Below, one piece after another: positions 1 through 12,966 of a stretch of DNA of 64,000 nucleotides. Below the pieces are notes generated by a model. The model was not told the DNA's origin. It saw only the letters and a list, made by a program, of their open reading frames with translations, and ran no database searches. Position 1 is the first letter of the stretch. Every line of letters starts with the position of its first letter. The stretch comes from Octopus vulgaris (taxonomy: Eukaryota): positions 55,924,001-55,988,000 of the forward strand of contig OX597818.1 of NCBI GenBank assembly GCA_951406725.2. Reading direction: 5' to 3'. A program made the position numbers and the translations under genes.

Positions 1-59
1 ACAGAAAGAGGTCTACGTTTGTGATGGTTAGTTGGGGTGGGTGGTGCTAGGAATGTGGT

Positions 60-105
60 TTGGGTGTCAAGGGGGTGGCAGCCTGGAAAAGTTTGGGAAC
101 CCCTG
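60..105. mobile_element. hAT-type MITE terminus
   Basis: Ends aaaagtttgggaacccctg, the reverse complement of the common CAGGGGTTCCCAAAC terminus. Confidence 0.5.
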
Positions 106-821
106 CTATAATTAATAAAAGATGTTCTTTTGAAGTTGATTGTGTGTATAAGGTAAGAATTGTCATACTGGCCAATACCAGTGCCCCCTGACTGGCACGT
201 AAAAAGCACTATTTGAGCATGGCAAATGCCAGTGCTGCCTGACTGGCACCTGTGCTAGTGGCACGTAAAAGGTACTATTCAAGCATAATTGATGCCAGTG
301 CTACCTGATTGGCACACATCCATGCCAGTGGCACATAAAAAGCACTACTCAAGCTTGGCCAGTGCCATATGACTGGCTCCCATGCCAGTGGCACATAAAA
401 AGCACCCATTACATTCTTGGAGTGGTTGGCTGCAGAAACCTTGCCACATCAGATTGGAGCCTGGTGCAGCTTCTCAGCTTGCCAGTCCTCAGTCAAACCA
501 TCCAACCCATGCCAGCATGGAAAGCAGACATTAAACAATGATGATGATGATGATGATGATGGTATTGTAAAGGTAAACTGAGCTATTTTCAAAACTTCAA
601 CCAAGAATTGCTGGGGGACGTACACTTCAGTGTACCTGTGTTACTTCTGGTTTGTCTTAATTAGTAGATTAAAGTGGAATCTGCCATTTTGCCTTCAGTT
701 GGACTCTCTTACCTTACTGTTCTTTGTATCTTCATTTATTCTGTTCTTCGAATACTGTGTACACTTAACTACCCTTTTCCCCACTCAGATTTGGTTGAAT
801 ATTTCAGCATGTACACACACC

Positions 822-867
<46 letters not shown>

Positions 868-2650
868 TTTCCTTTTTTTTTATTCTTTTCCACCAAATAA
901 TAGCAGTTTTAAGTTGGAAGATGTATTATCATTCCAATATTTTCCTTTCATCTAATGAACTCTATAAGCTCACTTTCATTGGCATATAAAACACATACTA
1001 TCCATACATAATACAAAAATACTTCACACTAACAGAGCAATGCCACTAATGTGAACTTAACAGCAATTGAGACTGCCCAGGTTCAATTTTAGGTTGCTAA
1101 CTATCAATCTCTTACAAACTGACACATTCCTAAAATGTTCGGGGTTAAACATCACATTGATATACTGCAGGCAAACTTTTTCTAATCTTTCATTAATATA
1201 TGACTCAGCTCCTGTCAGAAAGATCATTTCAGCAATATTTGACAGTCTATGAGAAATAACTCAATCTCAATTAATTTAACTCAATAATGATATATTTTTA
1301 CACCTTGTCATTCTTTGAATATCTATCCTTTTTGGTTGGTTTTTTTTTTTTTTTTCACCTTTTGCATTTTATTTGAATTTTTTTTTATTCTAGCTGTTAG
1401 TTTTTTTCTTATATTATTTTTCTTTTCCTATGCACTTTTTAAGAAAGCTTTCCATTTCTTTTACTGTTTTCATTTGTCTTAACGATCGTTAGATCGTTAG
1501 CACGCTGGACAAAATGCTTAGTGGTATCTCACCTGTCGCTTGAGTTCAAATTCCACTGAGGTCAACTTTGCCTTTCATCCTTTTGGGGCCAATAAATTAA
1601 GTATCAGTGACTCACTGGGGTCGATGTAATTGACTAGTTCCCTCCCCTCAAATTTCAGGCCTTGTGCCCTATGGTAGAAAGGATTCGTCAAGTTTTAACT
1701 CTAAGAGTTAATCTAGGTATAGTCAAATTTTGGCAGACAGGCAACAATTTTAGGGGAGTAATCCTAGTGTTTAATTGGTGCTTATTTTACTGACCCCGAA
1801 AAGATGAAAGGTAAAGTCAGTCTCAGTGAAATTTGAACTCAGGACATAAAAAGTTAGAAGAAATATTTTTTTCTACTCTAGGCTCAAGGCCTGAAATTTG
1901 GGGGGAGGGGTCGGTTGATTAGATTGCCTCCAGTATGCAACTGGTACTTAATTTATCAACCCCAAATGGATGAAAGGCAAAGTTGACCTCAGCAGAATTT
2001 GAACTCAGAACATAAAGACAGACAAAATACCACTAAGCATTTCACCCGGCATGCTAACGTTTCTGCCAGCTCGCCACCTTAGAGTTGGAAGAAATATTGC
2101 TGAGCACTTTGTCCAACTCTAACAATTCTTTCAGCTCACCATCTTAGTATCATGCTTAATAATGGTTCATCTTTTCTATGAACTAATTAGAAAATTGAGA
2201 AATGTATTTAAAATAGTATTCTTGGTATATATTTATATTTTGATTGTAGAAAGTTCCCATAAACTTTTGTGTGTGTGTTGCATTTTCAGGCATTTATTTT
2301 ATTTTATTGGATTTCATGTTTTGTATAACAAAACCCATTTTTAAGAGTTCAACATTTTTGAGCTATAAACAAGAGAAATAAGAATAAAAAAAGAAATTTG
2401 AAAGAATGAGCTTAAGTAAAAGGATCTGTAAATGAATATGGCAATGCCAAATGATGTTAGTTGTTGGCAGTTATCACAAAAAACTAACAGTATCAGTTAA
2501 ATACAGAATGGAAGCTAGTAGGAATTTATTTTCATGAAATTAATGAAAATTATGTCTTAGGAAAGAGATTAAACTGCATCCAGTAGTGAGGCTTCAACTT
2601 GGAACATTATTTACATTCGACGGATATTTGTCCTCATCTTGTTTGTTGTT

Positions 2651-2696
2651 AACACAACATTTCGGCTGATATACCCTCCAGCCTTCTTCAGGTGTC
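2651..2696 (-). ncRNA. Minimal type I hammerhead ribozyme motif
   Basis: GACAC-CUGAAGA-A-GGCUG(GAGGGUAUAU)CAGCC-GAAA-UGUU-GUGUU. Stem I GACAC/GUGUU, stem II GGCUG/CAGCC. Confidence 0.7.
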
Positions 2697-2978
2697 TTGT
2701 GGAAATTTCGAACCTGGTTTCTCATTCCTAAAGTATTTTTCAATGTTACTTTTATTATTATTATTATTATTATTAGTGTTCAGGTCACTGCATTGAATCG
2801 AACTCGGAATCTTGTGGTTAGTAGCCCGCACTCTTAACCGTTATGCCCATGTGCCCATGGGCATAGATTCCGAGTTCGATTCTAAGCAGTGACCTGAACA
2901 CTAACAATAATAATAATAATAATAATAACATCGAAAAAATACCCTAGGAACGAGAACCCAGGTTCGAAGTTTCCACAA

Positions 2979-3024
2979 GATACCTGAAGAAGGCTGGAGG
3001 GTATATCAGCTGAAATGTTGTGTT
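2979..3024 (+). ncRNA. Minimal type I hammerhead ribozyme motif (CpG-decayed copy)
   Basis: GAUAC-CUGAAGA-A-GGCUG..CAGCU-GAAA-UGUU-GUGUU. Confidence 0.6.
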
Positions 3025-3629
3025 AGCAACAAACAAGATGAGGACAAATATCCTGTAAATAATGTACATAATTCCTCATCTCTTAAGTATAGAATTGTAT
3101 TCAACTTGGGAGTTCAGGAGTTTGGGGAAGGATGGAATTAGTATTTAGTCACCACTACTCCCAGATTTGCTTTGGCCTTAGCACTATCTGTCAAGAGCCT
3201 CGATTATGGGTCAAAAAGCAGAAGATGACTCAGTGACTGAGGCATACTGGACTTGGAGAAGGGCTGGCCCCTAAATATACCTGACAGGCCCACTAGTGTG
3301 TGGATAAGCTTTGATGTTGTGAATCATTTCCTGCTGCCTAAGGATTAAATAGACTTTGTGCCTCAGGAAACCTGCAGAGTAAACCAAATAAACTGGTTGA
3401 AATCTGCATCTTTCCTTGAAGAATCTTGAATTGTCAGACTCTGGCATGGAGATCCATGATCACCAACACTTGTAGGCATCGTACAGAGAGAGAGAGAGAG
3501 AGAGAGCAAAAAGGTGTGCTACAGTTATGATCTTATATGATGAGAGATATGAAACCAAAACTTGAGGGGTGTGGGGGGTACAGGTTGACTCAAGAATGGA
3601 CAGCGGTCAGTTCTCTTAATAGCAGTGAT

Positions 3630-3853
3630 CATATGTTTTCTTGTAACGTAAGATCGGTCTACCCACAGACCTAGTAACCCCTAGCAAGCTCTCCGTAGAG
3701 TATGTCCTTGGGGATTCTGCCATCTTTCATACGGCTAACATGCCCAAGCCATCTCATACGTCTTTGTGTGAGGAGTGCAAACATGCTTGGTATTCCTGCT
3801 TGCCTGAGGACATCTTTGTTGGGGATATGATTCTGCCATTTGATGCGGAGGAT
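3630..3853 (-). mobile_element. RTE-clade LINE ORF2 C-terminal fragment
   Basis: Translates ILRIKWQNHIPNKDVLRQAGIPSMFALLTQRRMRWLGHVSRMKDGRIPKDILYGELARG. Confidence 0.9.
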
Positions 3854-6800
3854 TTTTTAGCAGGAAATGTATCAGGACATGAAATATAAAAGCCGGACTA
3901 GACTACTTTATGCGCAACTCCATTGTCTCCCGAGACAGTAAGGATGCCAACCATGTTTTCTTATTTGAGTGGCATTTTAATGCAGTTCTGGAAGGTGAGT
4001 TTGTGATAGTGTTCAATTTGCGATAGTTAAGGTTTAGGTTACTGTCACTAGAGTTTTTGTCTCTTTATAAAATGGTTGCCTGTTTGAAGCATGTATATAA
4101 AATGTCTTGCAGTATGGCAGGGAAACATGGACAGTTAATGCAAATATTCTCAAGCAATGGAAACAGGTTGAGTGCAGCCAGTTGGTTTGTCAAATGTGTT
4201 ATGTTAATTAACTTACCAGGAAGTTTAAGTACAAGAGACTTTAATATGACATCAGGAAGCAAAAACAGCAGGTGATGTATGTGGTTGAGTTAACCACATT
4301 GATATTGACATATAATTTGATTGAATAATGCAATCTGAGTGAAAGAGTTTTGTAAGTTGATAGTTGAAAGTAATTACAATCAGTAATGTAACTTGAGTTT
4401 GTGTTTCCCAAGGCAGTCTCTGAGTTTGTCTCCACCCCACCCTGTCAAAAGACAAAAGCACACAGTAATACATATATAAAATACTACTCCCAAAATAAGC
4501 CAGCCGAAGTGGACTGCACTCTTTTTAGTTATTCTTGTGCTTTTGGTAGAGGAGTTAGGAAAACCTAAAAGGAATTGCTTAGAAGGTTGTTTCCCAGGTG
4601 ATATACTACTCGAAGAGATGTGAAGTATACTGTCTTTTTCTTTTATTCTTTTACTTGTTTCAGTCATTTGACTGTGGCCATGCTGGAGTACCACCTTTTT
4701 TAGTTGAGCAAGTCGACTCCAGGACTTATTCTTTGTAAGCCTAGTACTTATTCTATTGGTCTCTTTTTGCCAATCCGCGAAGTTATGGGAACATAAACAC
4801 ACCAACATAGCATGTCAAGCGATGTTGGTGGGGGACACAGATACACAAGCACACACACACATATACACATATATACATATATATGACAGGCTTCTTTCAG
4901 GTTCCGTCTACTAAATCCACTCACAAGGCTTTGGTCGGCCCGAGGCTGTAGTAGAAGACACTTGCTCAAGGTGCCACGCAGTGGGACTGAACCCGGAACC
5001 ATGTGGTTGGTAAGCAAGCTCATGTATGTGTGGCACATACATGGCGCACTCTCTCTCTCTCACAGACATGCACACACGTCCATTTCATATACACGTTCGT
5101 ACATCTTTCACTTTCTCCTCTCTTACACTTGAAAACAATTTACATAAATTAATGAACAAAACCAACTGATCCAGATGACAGTTCTGAGAGTCAAAGCGAA
5201 AGATCACCCCAAGGGAATACCATTATAAAAAATTTTTCGAGTGCATTCAACGTATCTCGGCTCCAAAGATTTGGCTACTATTTCTAGCACACCCTGCTAC
5301 CACATAACAGCTATTTGCGATCAGGAACCCGTTATACCTGTTACATGGTAGCAGGGCTTGCAAGAAATAGCAGCCAAATCTTTCCTTTTCTGGGGAAAGG
5401 AGCCATTTACACGTGATTTCGATGTCACATTCATTGAAAGCATGTGAAATAACTTGGAAAAGAAAAAAAAACCCACGAAACAAAACTCCGTTGCTGGGAA
5501 ACTCAGACTTTCCAGGTGACCCAACGGGTCACAAGTAATCTAGTATTAAATAATATTCTCAGTGTTCGTTGTGATAACAGTGAGAAGTTTGGATATTTAT
5601 GAAGTAAGATGAGATTGACTATGACTAAGCTGCTAAAATTTTGGCAAAATATCCAAAACTATTAGGTATCTTGATATAACGGCTTATTACATTGGAAAAT
5701 AAGGTAAGCAGAGAAGCCAGCTATTTCAGTGTTATTAATGCAGATATTTTAAACTATTTATAAAGCAATTAAATAACTGATGAGCAGTGTGAACAAAGGA
5801 GTGGAAATTAACAGCTGAAGCTAGTTCAATCCAGGCATTAGAGAGTAGTTCTCTTATCAGCATGTAAGCCATTATCATAGAAAGAAGAATAACGAGGCCT
5901 CCTCTCAGTTTCTCATTCGGTGCTTACCATTCAAATTTACTAGGAAAGGATGAGCTAACGGAACCTCCAGATGGCTACTTGGTATGCTAGAAATAGCAGC
6001 CAAAGTTTCCTTAAGCCATATCCTAGCATTTTCACAAAAGAGTACACTGGATAATACAAAAACGATGTGATGTCATGACTTGGAAGTCCTTCATCATGTT
6101 TGCTCTCTCATTGCTGATTTGGGACTGTTTCTGCCTCTCTGTTACCCTCTAATCTTCCATCATCTGACACAAGATCACCTCCTCCAATGTCCCCTTTTTG
6201 TCTTACAAAGTCACTTGATGACCACACCAGTGCAGGTGCCACTTAAAAAGTACCCAGTCCACACTGTAAAGTGGTTGGCATTTGGAAGGGCATCCAGCTG
6301 TAAAAAACATGCTAAAACTGGCCTCACATGTACAAGTGCCATGTAAAAAGCATTCAGCCCACTCTATGGAGTGGTCGGTATTAGGAAGAGCATCCAGCCA
6401 TAAAAACCATGCCAAAACAGACACAGAAGCATGGTGCTTGCTCCCTACTGGCCATCTCCTATCAAACCATCCAGCCCATGGAAGGATCATCATCAAACAA
6501 TGATGAGGATGAAATAGTGATTGATGATCCAGTAAAGGAGCCTCTATATAGTTAAAAGATCTGCTAACAATATCAACTAAATCTCTTTCTAATCACATCC
6601 TACCATCTTGAAGAAAGAAAGGGTATTTTAGATAATTCATCCCTAATTGCAATGTGTATGAATAAACAGAGATGGTCACAGCTGGAACATTTTTGATCAT
6701 ATGTACACTCTTTCACTATTGACCTTGGGCTAAACGACAACAGCAAAAATTACTCAAGGGGAACTCTATCAGTTAAGGTCTGTAAATTTGTTTAACTCAA

Positions 6801-7329
6801 GTTTTCCATCACCTAATAAAATTGTTGAAGAAACGTGGCTAAGGGATCAGTGAATTTGACCCCCAACAATAGCACAATCACTTCCATAAAACTAAATGCA
6901 ATCATTTAACATCCACTTTTCCATGCTTGCATGGGTCAAACAGAAATTGCTGACGTAAATTTTCTATGACTGGATGTGCTTCCTGTCACAATCCTTCACT
7001 TGCTTTTAAGCAAGGAAAAGTTTCCCTATAGCCCGACATATTTTTCATGGAAGACTGACTGGAAATGAATGGCTTTGCTTGTATGATGATGATGATGCTC
7101 ATTTACAATTGTGACATGTTAATACAAGGCTACATACAGACATATGACAGGCTTCTTACAGTTTCTATCAACCAAATCCACTCAATTTGCTCAAGCTTGG
7201 CTGTTAAGTTCCACTCTTTTGCTAATGCAACATATCAGTTAATAAGAAAAGATCTCATCTAATGCCAAAAATGCTATGAAAAATTAGCAACGTATATTAA
7301 ATTGAGCCTCACCAAGATGATGACAAGTG

Positions 7330-7983
7330 ACCGAGACCTTTGGAAATATGATGTGCTAGAAAAGATCTGGCAAGCCAAGTGAGACTGTAAACATGGCCTA
7401 TGCCAGTGCAGCATAACCAGCCTATTTAAGAGTACCCTTCAATCATTGGGCAATAAATTGTGCTTGCAAAGACCTGTTGAGGCAAGTGAAGTTGTTGTAG
7501 CCGATGACAGTACCACCTGATTGGCACCCATGCCAGTGGCACGTAAAAAGCACCATTCGAGCATGGTCAATGTCAGTGCTGCCTGACTGGTCCTGTGCCG
7601 GTGGCATGTAAAAAGCACCATTCGAGTGTGGTCGATACCAGTGCCAGCTGACCGGCTCCCCATGCCAGTGGCACATAACAAACACCATTCGAATGTGGTC
7701 ATCGCCAGTGCCGCCTGACTGGCTCCTGTGCCGGTGGCAGGTAAAAAGAACCATTCAAATGTGATCAACGCCAGTACCGCCCGACTGGCTCTCGTGCCAG
7801 TGGCATGTAAAAAGCACTCACTACACTGTCAGAGTGGTTGGTTTTAGGAAGGGCATCCAGCTGTATAAACTTTACCAGATCAGATTGGAGCCTGGTGCAG
7901 CCTTCTGGCTTGCCAGCCCTCAATCAAACCATCCAACCCATGCCAGCATGGAAAGCCGATGTTAAACGATGATGATGATGATG
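7330..7983 (+). mobile_element. SINE-like family C with internal about 63-bp tandem array and (GAT)n tail
   Basis: Repeats of gccagtgccgcctgactggctcctgtgccggtggcacgtaaaaagcaccattcga, then ggttggcgttaggaagggcatccag...gatgatgat. Other copies at about 165-560+, 17185-17750-, 28441-28720-, 29908-30210+, 31261-31500-, 31900-32166+. Confidence 0.85.
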
Positions 7984-9503
7984 TAATTGATGAATTAAAA
8001 TTTTAAATGGTTGGGAAATAATCTCTAATGAATTACCCTATCCTCAGTCAGTGATGTGCTATATATTTTTCTTTCAATATCCTTATTTTCGTAAAATAAA
8101 ACAACTGCATCACTCCTTCGCTGCTAATGAGAACGTAACAGAAACTTTATACTTTTGTGTAATTGAGAGGAGATGGCAAATTTTTTGAGGTATTCTTAAT
8201 CTAAGGATAACTGGATGGGATTAGTAGAGTTGATGTTTACTTTGAATTATTCCACTTAAGTTGTTGGAAGATCTTATTATCAGTGCTGTCAAGTTCTTTG
8301 GATTTGCATCTGCTACATTTCTTTTAATTATGCCTTTCAAAAGTTTGACTCTGTTGGGGAGATATTTTGCCCTACTAGAATGGCAGACCTTGTGAACAAG
8401 AAGTGTCAGTTACTTCATGTACCTAAACGCTTGAAAGATTCATTCATGAATTGATTCAATGACAGTCCTCTGTTAAAAGAGAATAAATTAAGGCAGCGAG
8501 CTGGCAGAAATAAGGTGGTGAGCTGACAGAAAAAGGCATTGAGCTGGCAGAAACATTATCACATCGGGCGAAATGCTTAGCGGTTTTTCATCTGCCGCTA
8601 CGTTCTGAGTTTAAATTCCACCGAGGTCGACTTTGCCTTTCATCTTTTTGGGTCAATTAAATAAGTACCAGTTACGCATTGGGGTCAATATAATCAACTT
8701 AATCCATTTGTCCGTCCTTGTTTGTCCTCTCTTTGTTTAGCCCCTTGTGGGTAGTAAAGAAATAGGTATTTCGTCTGTCTTTACTTTCCGAGTAAACTCT
8801 GCCTTTCATCCTTTCAGGATTGATCTAATCAACTGCCCCCCCCCCCACCTCCCAAAAGAAATTGGGGGCCTTGTGCCTAGAGTAGAAAAGAGTAATTTGA
8901 AGGTGCCAAACTGGCAGAAACGTTAACATGTTGGGCGAAATGCTTAGCAGTATTTCGTCTGTCTTTACATTCTGAGTTCAAATCCTGCTGAGGTCAACTT
9001 TGCCTTTCATCCTTTCGGGGTCGATAAATTAAGTACCATTTGCATACTGGGGTTGATCTAATCGACTGGCCCCCTCCCCCAAAATTCCGGGCCTTGTGCC
9101 TGGAGTAGAAAAGAAAAGAGAATAATAGAGAAAGAGAAACTTGATACTTCAATATGAAACTAATTTGATGAAAGAATTGCAATTAATGTTATGGTGAGTT
9201 TAATGGATTATCAAATTTGTAAATCTTCTGGCTTTAAGATTTAAGCAGTTTTTTTAGAAAATGTTTGAAGACTAATGGCAGAGAAATAACATGTGAAATA
9301 TAACACAAACACATTGATTTCAAACTTTGACACAAGGCCAGCAATTTCGGGGGAGGAGTAAGTCAATGACATCAACCAAGGCAAATTTGACTTTGGTGGT
9401 ATTTGAACTCAGAATGTAAAGACAAGAGAAATACCACTGAGCATTTCGCCCGGCATGCTAACAATTCTGCCCCCTCACTGCCTTAGATACTTTGAAATAC
9501 CAC

Positions 9504-9762
9504 CATGGGCATATGGGATAGTGGTTAAGAGCACGGGCTACTAACCCCAAGATTCTGAGTTCAATTCCAGGCAGTGACCTGAATAATAACATCAGAATGA
9601 GAACCCAGGTTCGAAATTTCCCCAAGACACCTGATGAAGGCTGGAGGGTATATCAGCCGGAACATTGTGTTAACAACAAACAAGATGAGGACAAATATCT
9701 GTCAAATGTAAATAATATAAATAAGGTACATAATTCCTCATCTCTTAAATATAGAACTGTAT
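9504..9762 (+). mobile_element. Single copy of the same hammerhead-tailed SINE
   Basis: Head tagtggttaagagc (A-box-like) and gagttcaattcc (B-box-like), an AAT linker, then gacac-CTGATGA-aggctg..cagcc-GGAA-catt-gtgtt and the same 3' end as 3060-3099. Confidence 0.85.
9626..9671 (+). ncRNA. Minimal type I hammerhead ribozyme motif (GAAA mutated to GGAA)
   Basis: GACAC-CUGAUGA-A-GGCUG..CAGCC-GGAA-CAUU-GUGUU. Confidence 0.6.
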
Positions 9763-12371
9763 TAACAAGAACAATATCAGAATTGTCTTTCCTGGACCAA
9801 CAGTGACTTCACACTGATTCCTATTCTTTTACTATCTGCTGCATAATCCCCAACAACCTCAGCATTTGAACATCTTGGATTTTTCTCTAGAGAATACCAC
9901 ACATCACTTTCTAATAAAAGAATCTTCCTTTTTATGACAAAGGCTTGTAAAAGATTTTCATTAGATCGGATAAATATTTCTTTCTTTAGCATAAATAATT
10001 ATTTTATTATTATTGTATACAGAACAGGTCAGTTTTTGAAAAATGATAGAAAATTGAAGAGTCCAAGTTTTATATCTATGCATATGAGAAAATGTGTTTA
10101 CCACAGTAATGGAATTTACTTTACTGGATCAAAATTTATGTAAACACAGCATAATATTTATACTGGTTTGTAGCAGAAGTCATGCAGATCAAATAGAATC
10201 AATATAGTGTGTTGTGTGTGTGTGTGTGTATAAACATGCATACACACATGTATATGTCTCTAATTACAGGTAAATGCTTTTACTGACGACATAGTGTGAA
10301 AATCTGATTTTGATAAACATATTATAAACTCTGCTTAATGTATTGTGTAATTTTTACTTACATTTGTTTACTCAAATGCACACCTTTTAAACTTATAGTC
10401 CTTCAATCCCCCACCACCCCTGCTACTTTCTTTACCATTATTATTATCATGGTTAAAGATCACGAGTATGCCAAACAAAATGCTTAGCAGCACACTGTCT
10501 GTCAGTACATTCTAAGTTCAAATTCTGCCAAGGTCAGCTTTGCCTTTCATTCTTTCAGGTTCGATGAAATAAGTACCAGTTATGCACTGGGGTTAATGTA
10601 ATTGACCAGCCCCCTACCCACAAATTTCAGGCCTTGTGCATATAGTAGAAAGGATTATTATTTTTATTATCATTATTATTGTTGTTGTTATTATTATTAA
10701 GGTGGCATTTGGCAGAACCATTAGCTTGCTGGCAAAAATGCTTGGCAGCATTTCGTCCATCCTTACATTCTGAGTTCAGATTCCACTGGGGTCGACTTTG
10801 CTGGCAGAATCATTAGCACACTGGACAAAATGCTTAGCGGTATTTCGCCCATCGTTACATTCTGAGTTCAAATTCCACTGAGGTCAACTTTGCCTTTTCA
10901 TCCTTTTGGGCTCAATGAAATAAGTTACAGTGGAGCACTGTAATCGATGTAACTGACTTTCCCCTCCTCCAAAATTTCAGGCCTTGTGCTATTGTAGAAG
11001 TAATTATTATTATTATTATTTTCTCCTGTCCTCCTCTGCCTCCCCTTTTTTCATACAACTACTTCCCCAACAACTTCACCCCCCCCCCCAAAAAAAAACA
11101 TCTTGCCACAGACTCTATAAAACTGAAAAGAGCTCATATAAAGCAGTGTATGATGAAGGTGAACAAGCCAAAACTTTGAAGTCACAATCAGCCTATCCTA
11201 TGTAAAAGTTTGTGTGTATATATATAAATTTTTCTTCTAATTTCTATGCTGGCATGGGTTGAATGGATTGTCATAGTCTGACTCAATTCACATTTGGAGT
11301 TATTGTCCACCTAAATGAATTGAAGGACCACATGTCCTGTGCGTTTCAGTTTAGGACCTTTCTATCACCAACCACTTTACAGATAAATATGTATTTACTA
11401 TACAAGAGTTAGCAGATGGGAACCGGAAGTGGCCAGTGCAGACAGCAACAAAAGATACAATAAATACTACATTGACAATCAGGTCCCTGTTTACCAATAG
11501 TTTGAAGTAAGTGACATCATATATTGCCTTGCCCTGGTGATAATAGACTGTCAGATGGCTTGCTGGCACAGATAGTTATTCTATCTTGGTAACACAATTA
11601 GTATTGCAGTTAATTGGGATGAGATAAATTTCAAGAACTACCACTTTTGATGGGAACAAAAGATTTTTCTCTCTTTACAGTGAGTTTTGGAAAAAATGTT
11701 GCAACGCTTTGCAAAATTTGTGCATATTCTGCAGAAGTTTTGGTAGTAAATCCTGAAACTTATTAGATACACAATACTTATTTGATATATCAAATTGTCA
11801 GTAGACTTCAGTGTAAATCAAACACCCATTTTCCTGTTTGATAACACATGAAAGGACTTTTATCAGAACATAATTCAAAAATTACCAATTTGTTGCTGTT
11901 ATCACTTGTGTTGTATTTCATACAACAAAACCGGCAAAAAACTTTTCACTGATATTTTGAAACATTTGCTGTTGTAAGAGCCATCTAAATTCACCATGTT
12001 ATGTTCATTAATACTTAGTCCTGGTTGCATTTTAATCATTTCATTTTCTTTGGCAACAGAATTTTTTTTTCTTTTTTTCTTTTTTTTGTCAGTGTCTTTT
12101 TATAGGAGAAGGAAAATTCTTTACTGGAATAAATTTGCAGCCAATAAGAATAAACAAACAAATGTTGAAAAGCCTTTTTGTTTTTTTAAACTTGTTTCAG
12201 TCATTTGACTGTGGCCATGCTGGAGCACCGCCTTTAGTCGTGCACATCGACCCCAGGACTTATTCTTTGTAAGCCCAGTACTTATTCTATCGGTCTCTTT
12301 TGCTGAACCGCTAAGTGACGGGGACGTAAACACACCAGCATCGGTTGTCAAGCAATGCGAGGGGGACAAAT

Positions 12372-12426
<55 letters not shown>

Positions 12427-12904
12427 TATGACAGGCTTCTTTCAGTTTCCGCCTACCAAATCCACTCACAAGGCATTGGTTGGCCCGGGGCTATAGCAGG
12501 AGACACTTGCCCAAGATGCCACGCAGTGGGACTGAACCCAGAACCATTATTATTTTTTTTTTATCAATCACAGCATTCACAAAAGTTTCTACATGCTCTT
12601 GTGTTATATTGCCAATCAAAAGAATTTTAATAATAAATCTTTTGACTTTCTTAATTATCCTATAATTACTGTCCTTTTAGTATTTAATAATCATATCATC
12701 ATTTAAGGTCCGTTTTCCATACTGGTACAGGTTGGATGGTTTGATAAGTTACACTAGTCTGTTTTGGCATGGTTTCTATGGCTGGATGCCCTTCCTAATG
12801 CCAAGAACAGCATATCGCCCATTGTTTGAAGAGTGCTTTTTTCATGCCATTTATGTGACACTTGCATTGGCCATGACTCTGATTTCACTTAGCTTGACAG
12901 GTCT

Positions 12905-12962
<58 letters not shown>

Positions 12963-12966
12963 ATGT

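Larger units (their letters stand above)
2603..3099. mobile_element. Inverted head-to-head dimer of a tRNA-derived SINE with Penelope-like hammerhead tail
   Basis: A minus copy (about 2604-2860) and a 5'-truncated plus copy (about 2865-3099), flanked by the direct repeat TTCAACTTGG (2593-2602 and 3100-3109). Confidence 0.85.

Noticed and set aside
3300-3350. AFDVVNHFLLPK-like LINE RT motif
   Set aside because: Probably a real CR1/L2-type relic, but too short and degraded to delimit.
3902-3994. Possible exon ending GAAG|GTGAGT
   Set aside because: No polypyrimidine acceptor and no HSF2BP similarity. It is better explained as part of the relic coding island.
9504-9580. tRNA gene
   Set aside because: A/B boxes are present, but I could not form a full cloverleaf and there is no oligo-T terminator. 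It is a SINE head, as are the other tRNA-like heads.
9777-9992. NENLLQAF resembling the SUZ12 N-terminal DHELFLQAF
   Set aside because: A short match on the wrong side of the relic, 10 kb away and beyond a host exon. Likely chance.
11355-11506. AG...GTAAGT-bounded open segment as the upstream HSF2BP exon
   Set aside because: Its only open frame ends in phase 2 whereas the next exon needs phase 1, and it has no similarity to the expected FVFALAGIVT segment.
11830-12060. piggyBac transposase-like wording (PGLSINEH...KLVIFELCSDKSPFMCYQTGK) on the minus strand
   Set aside because: Catalytic residues and spacing are not convincing by eye. Left as an unidentified relic.
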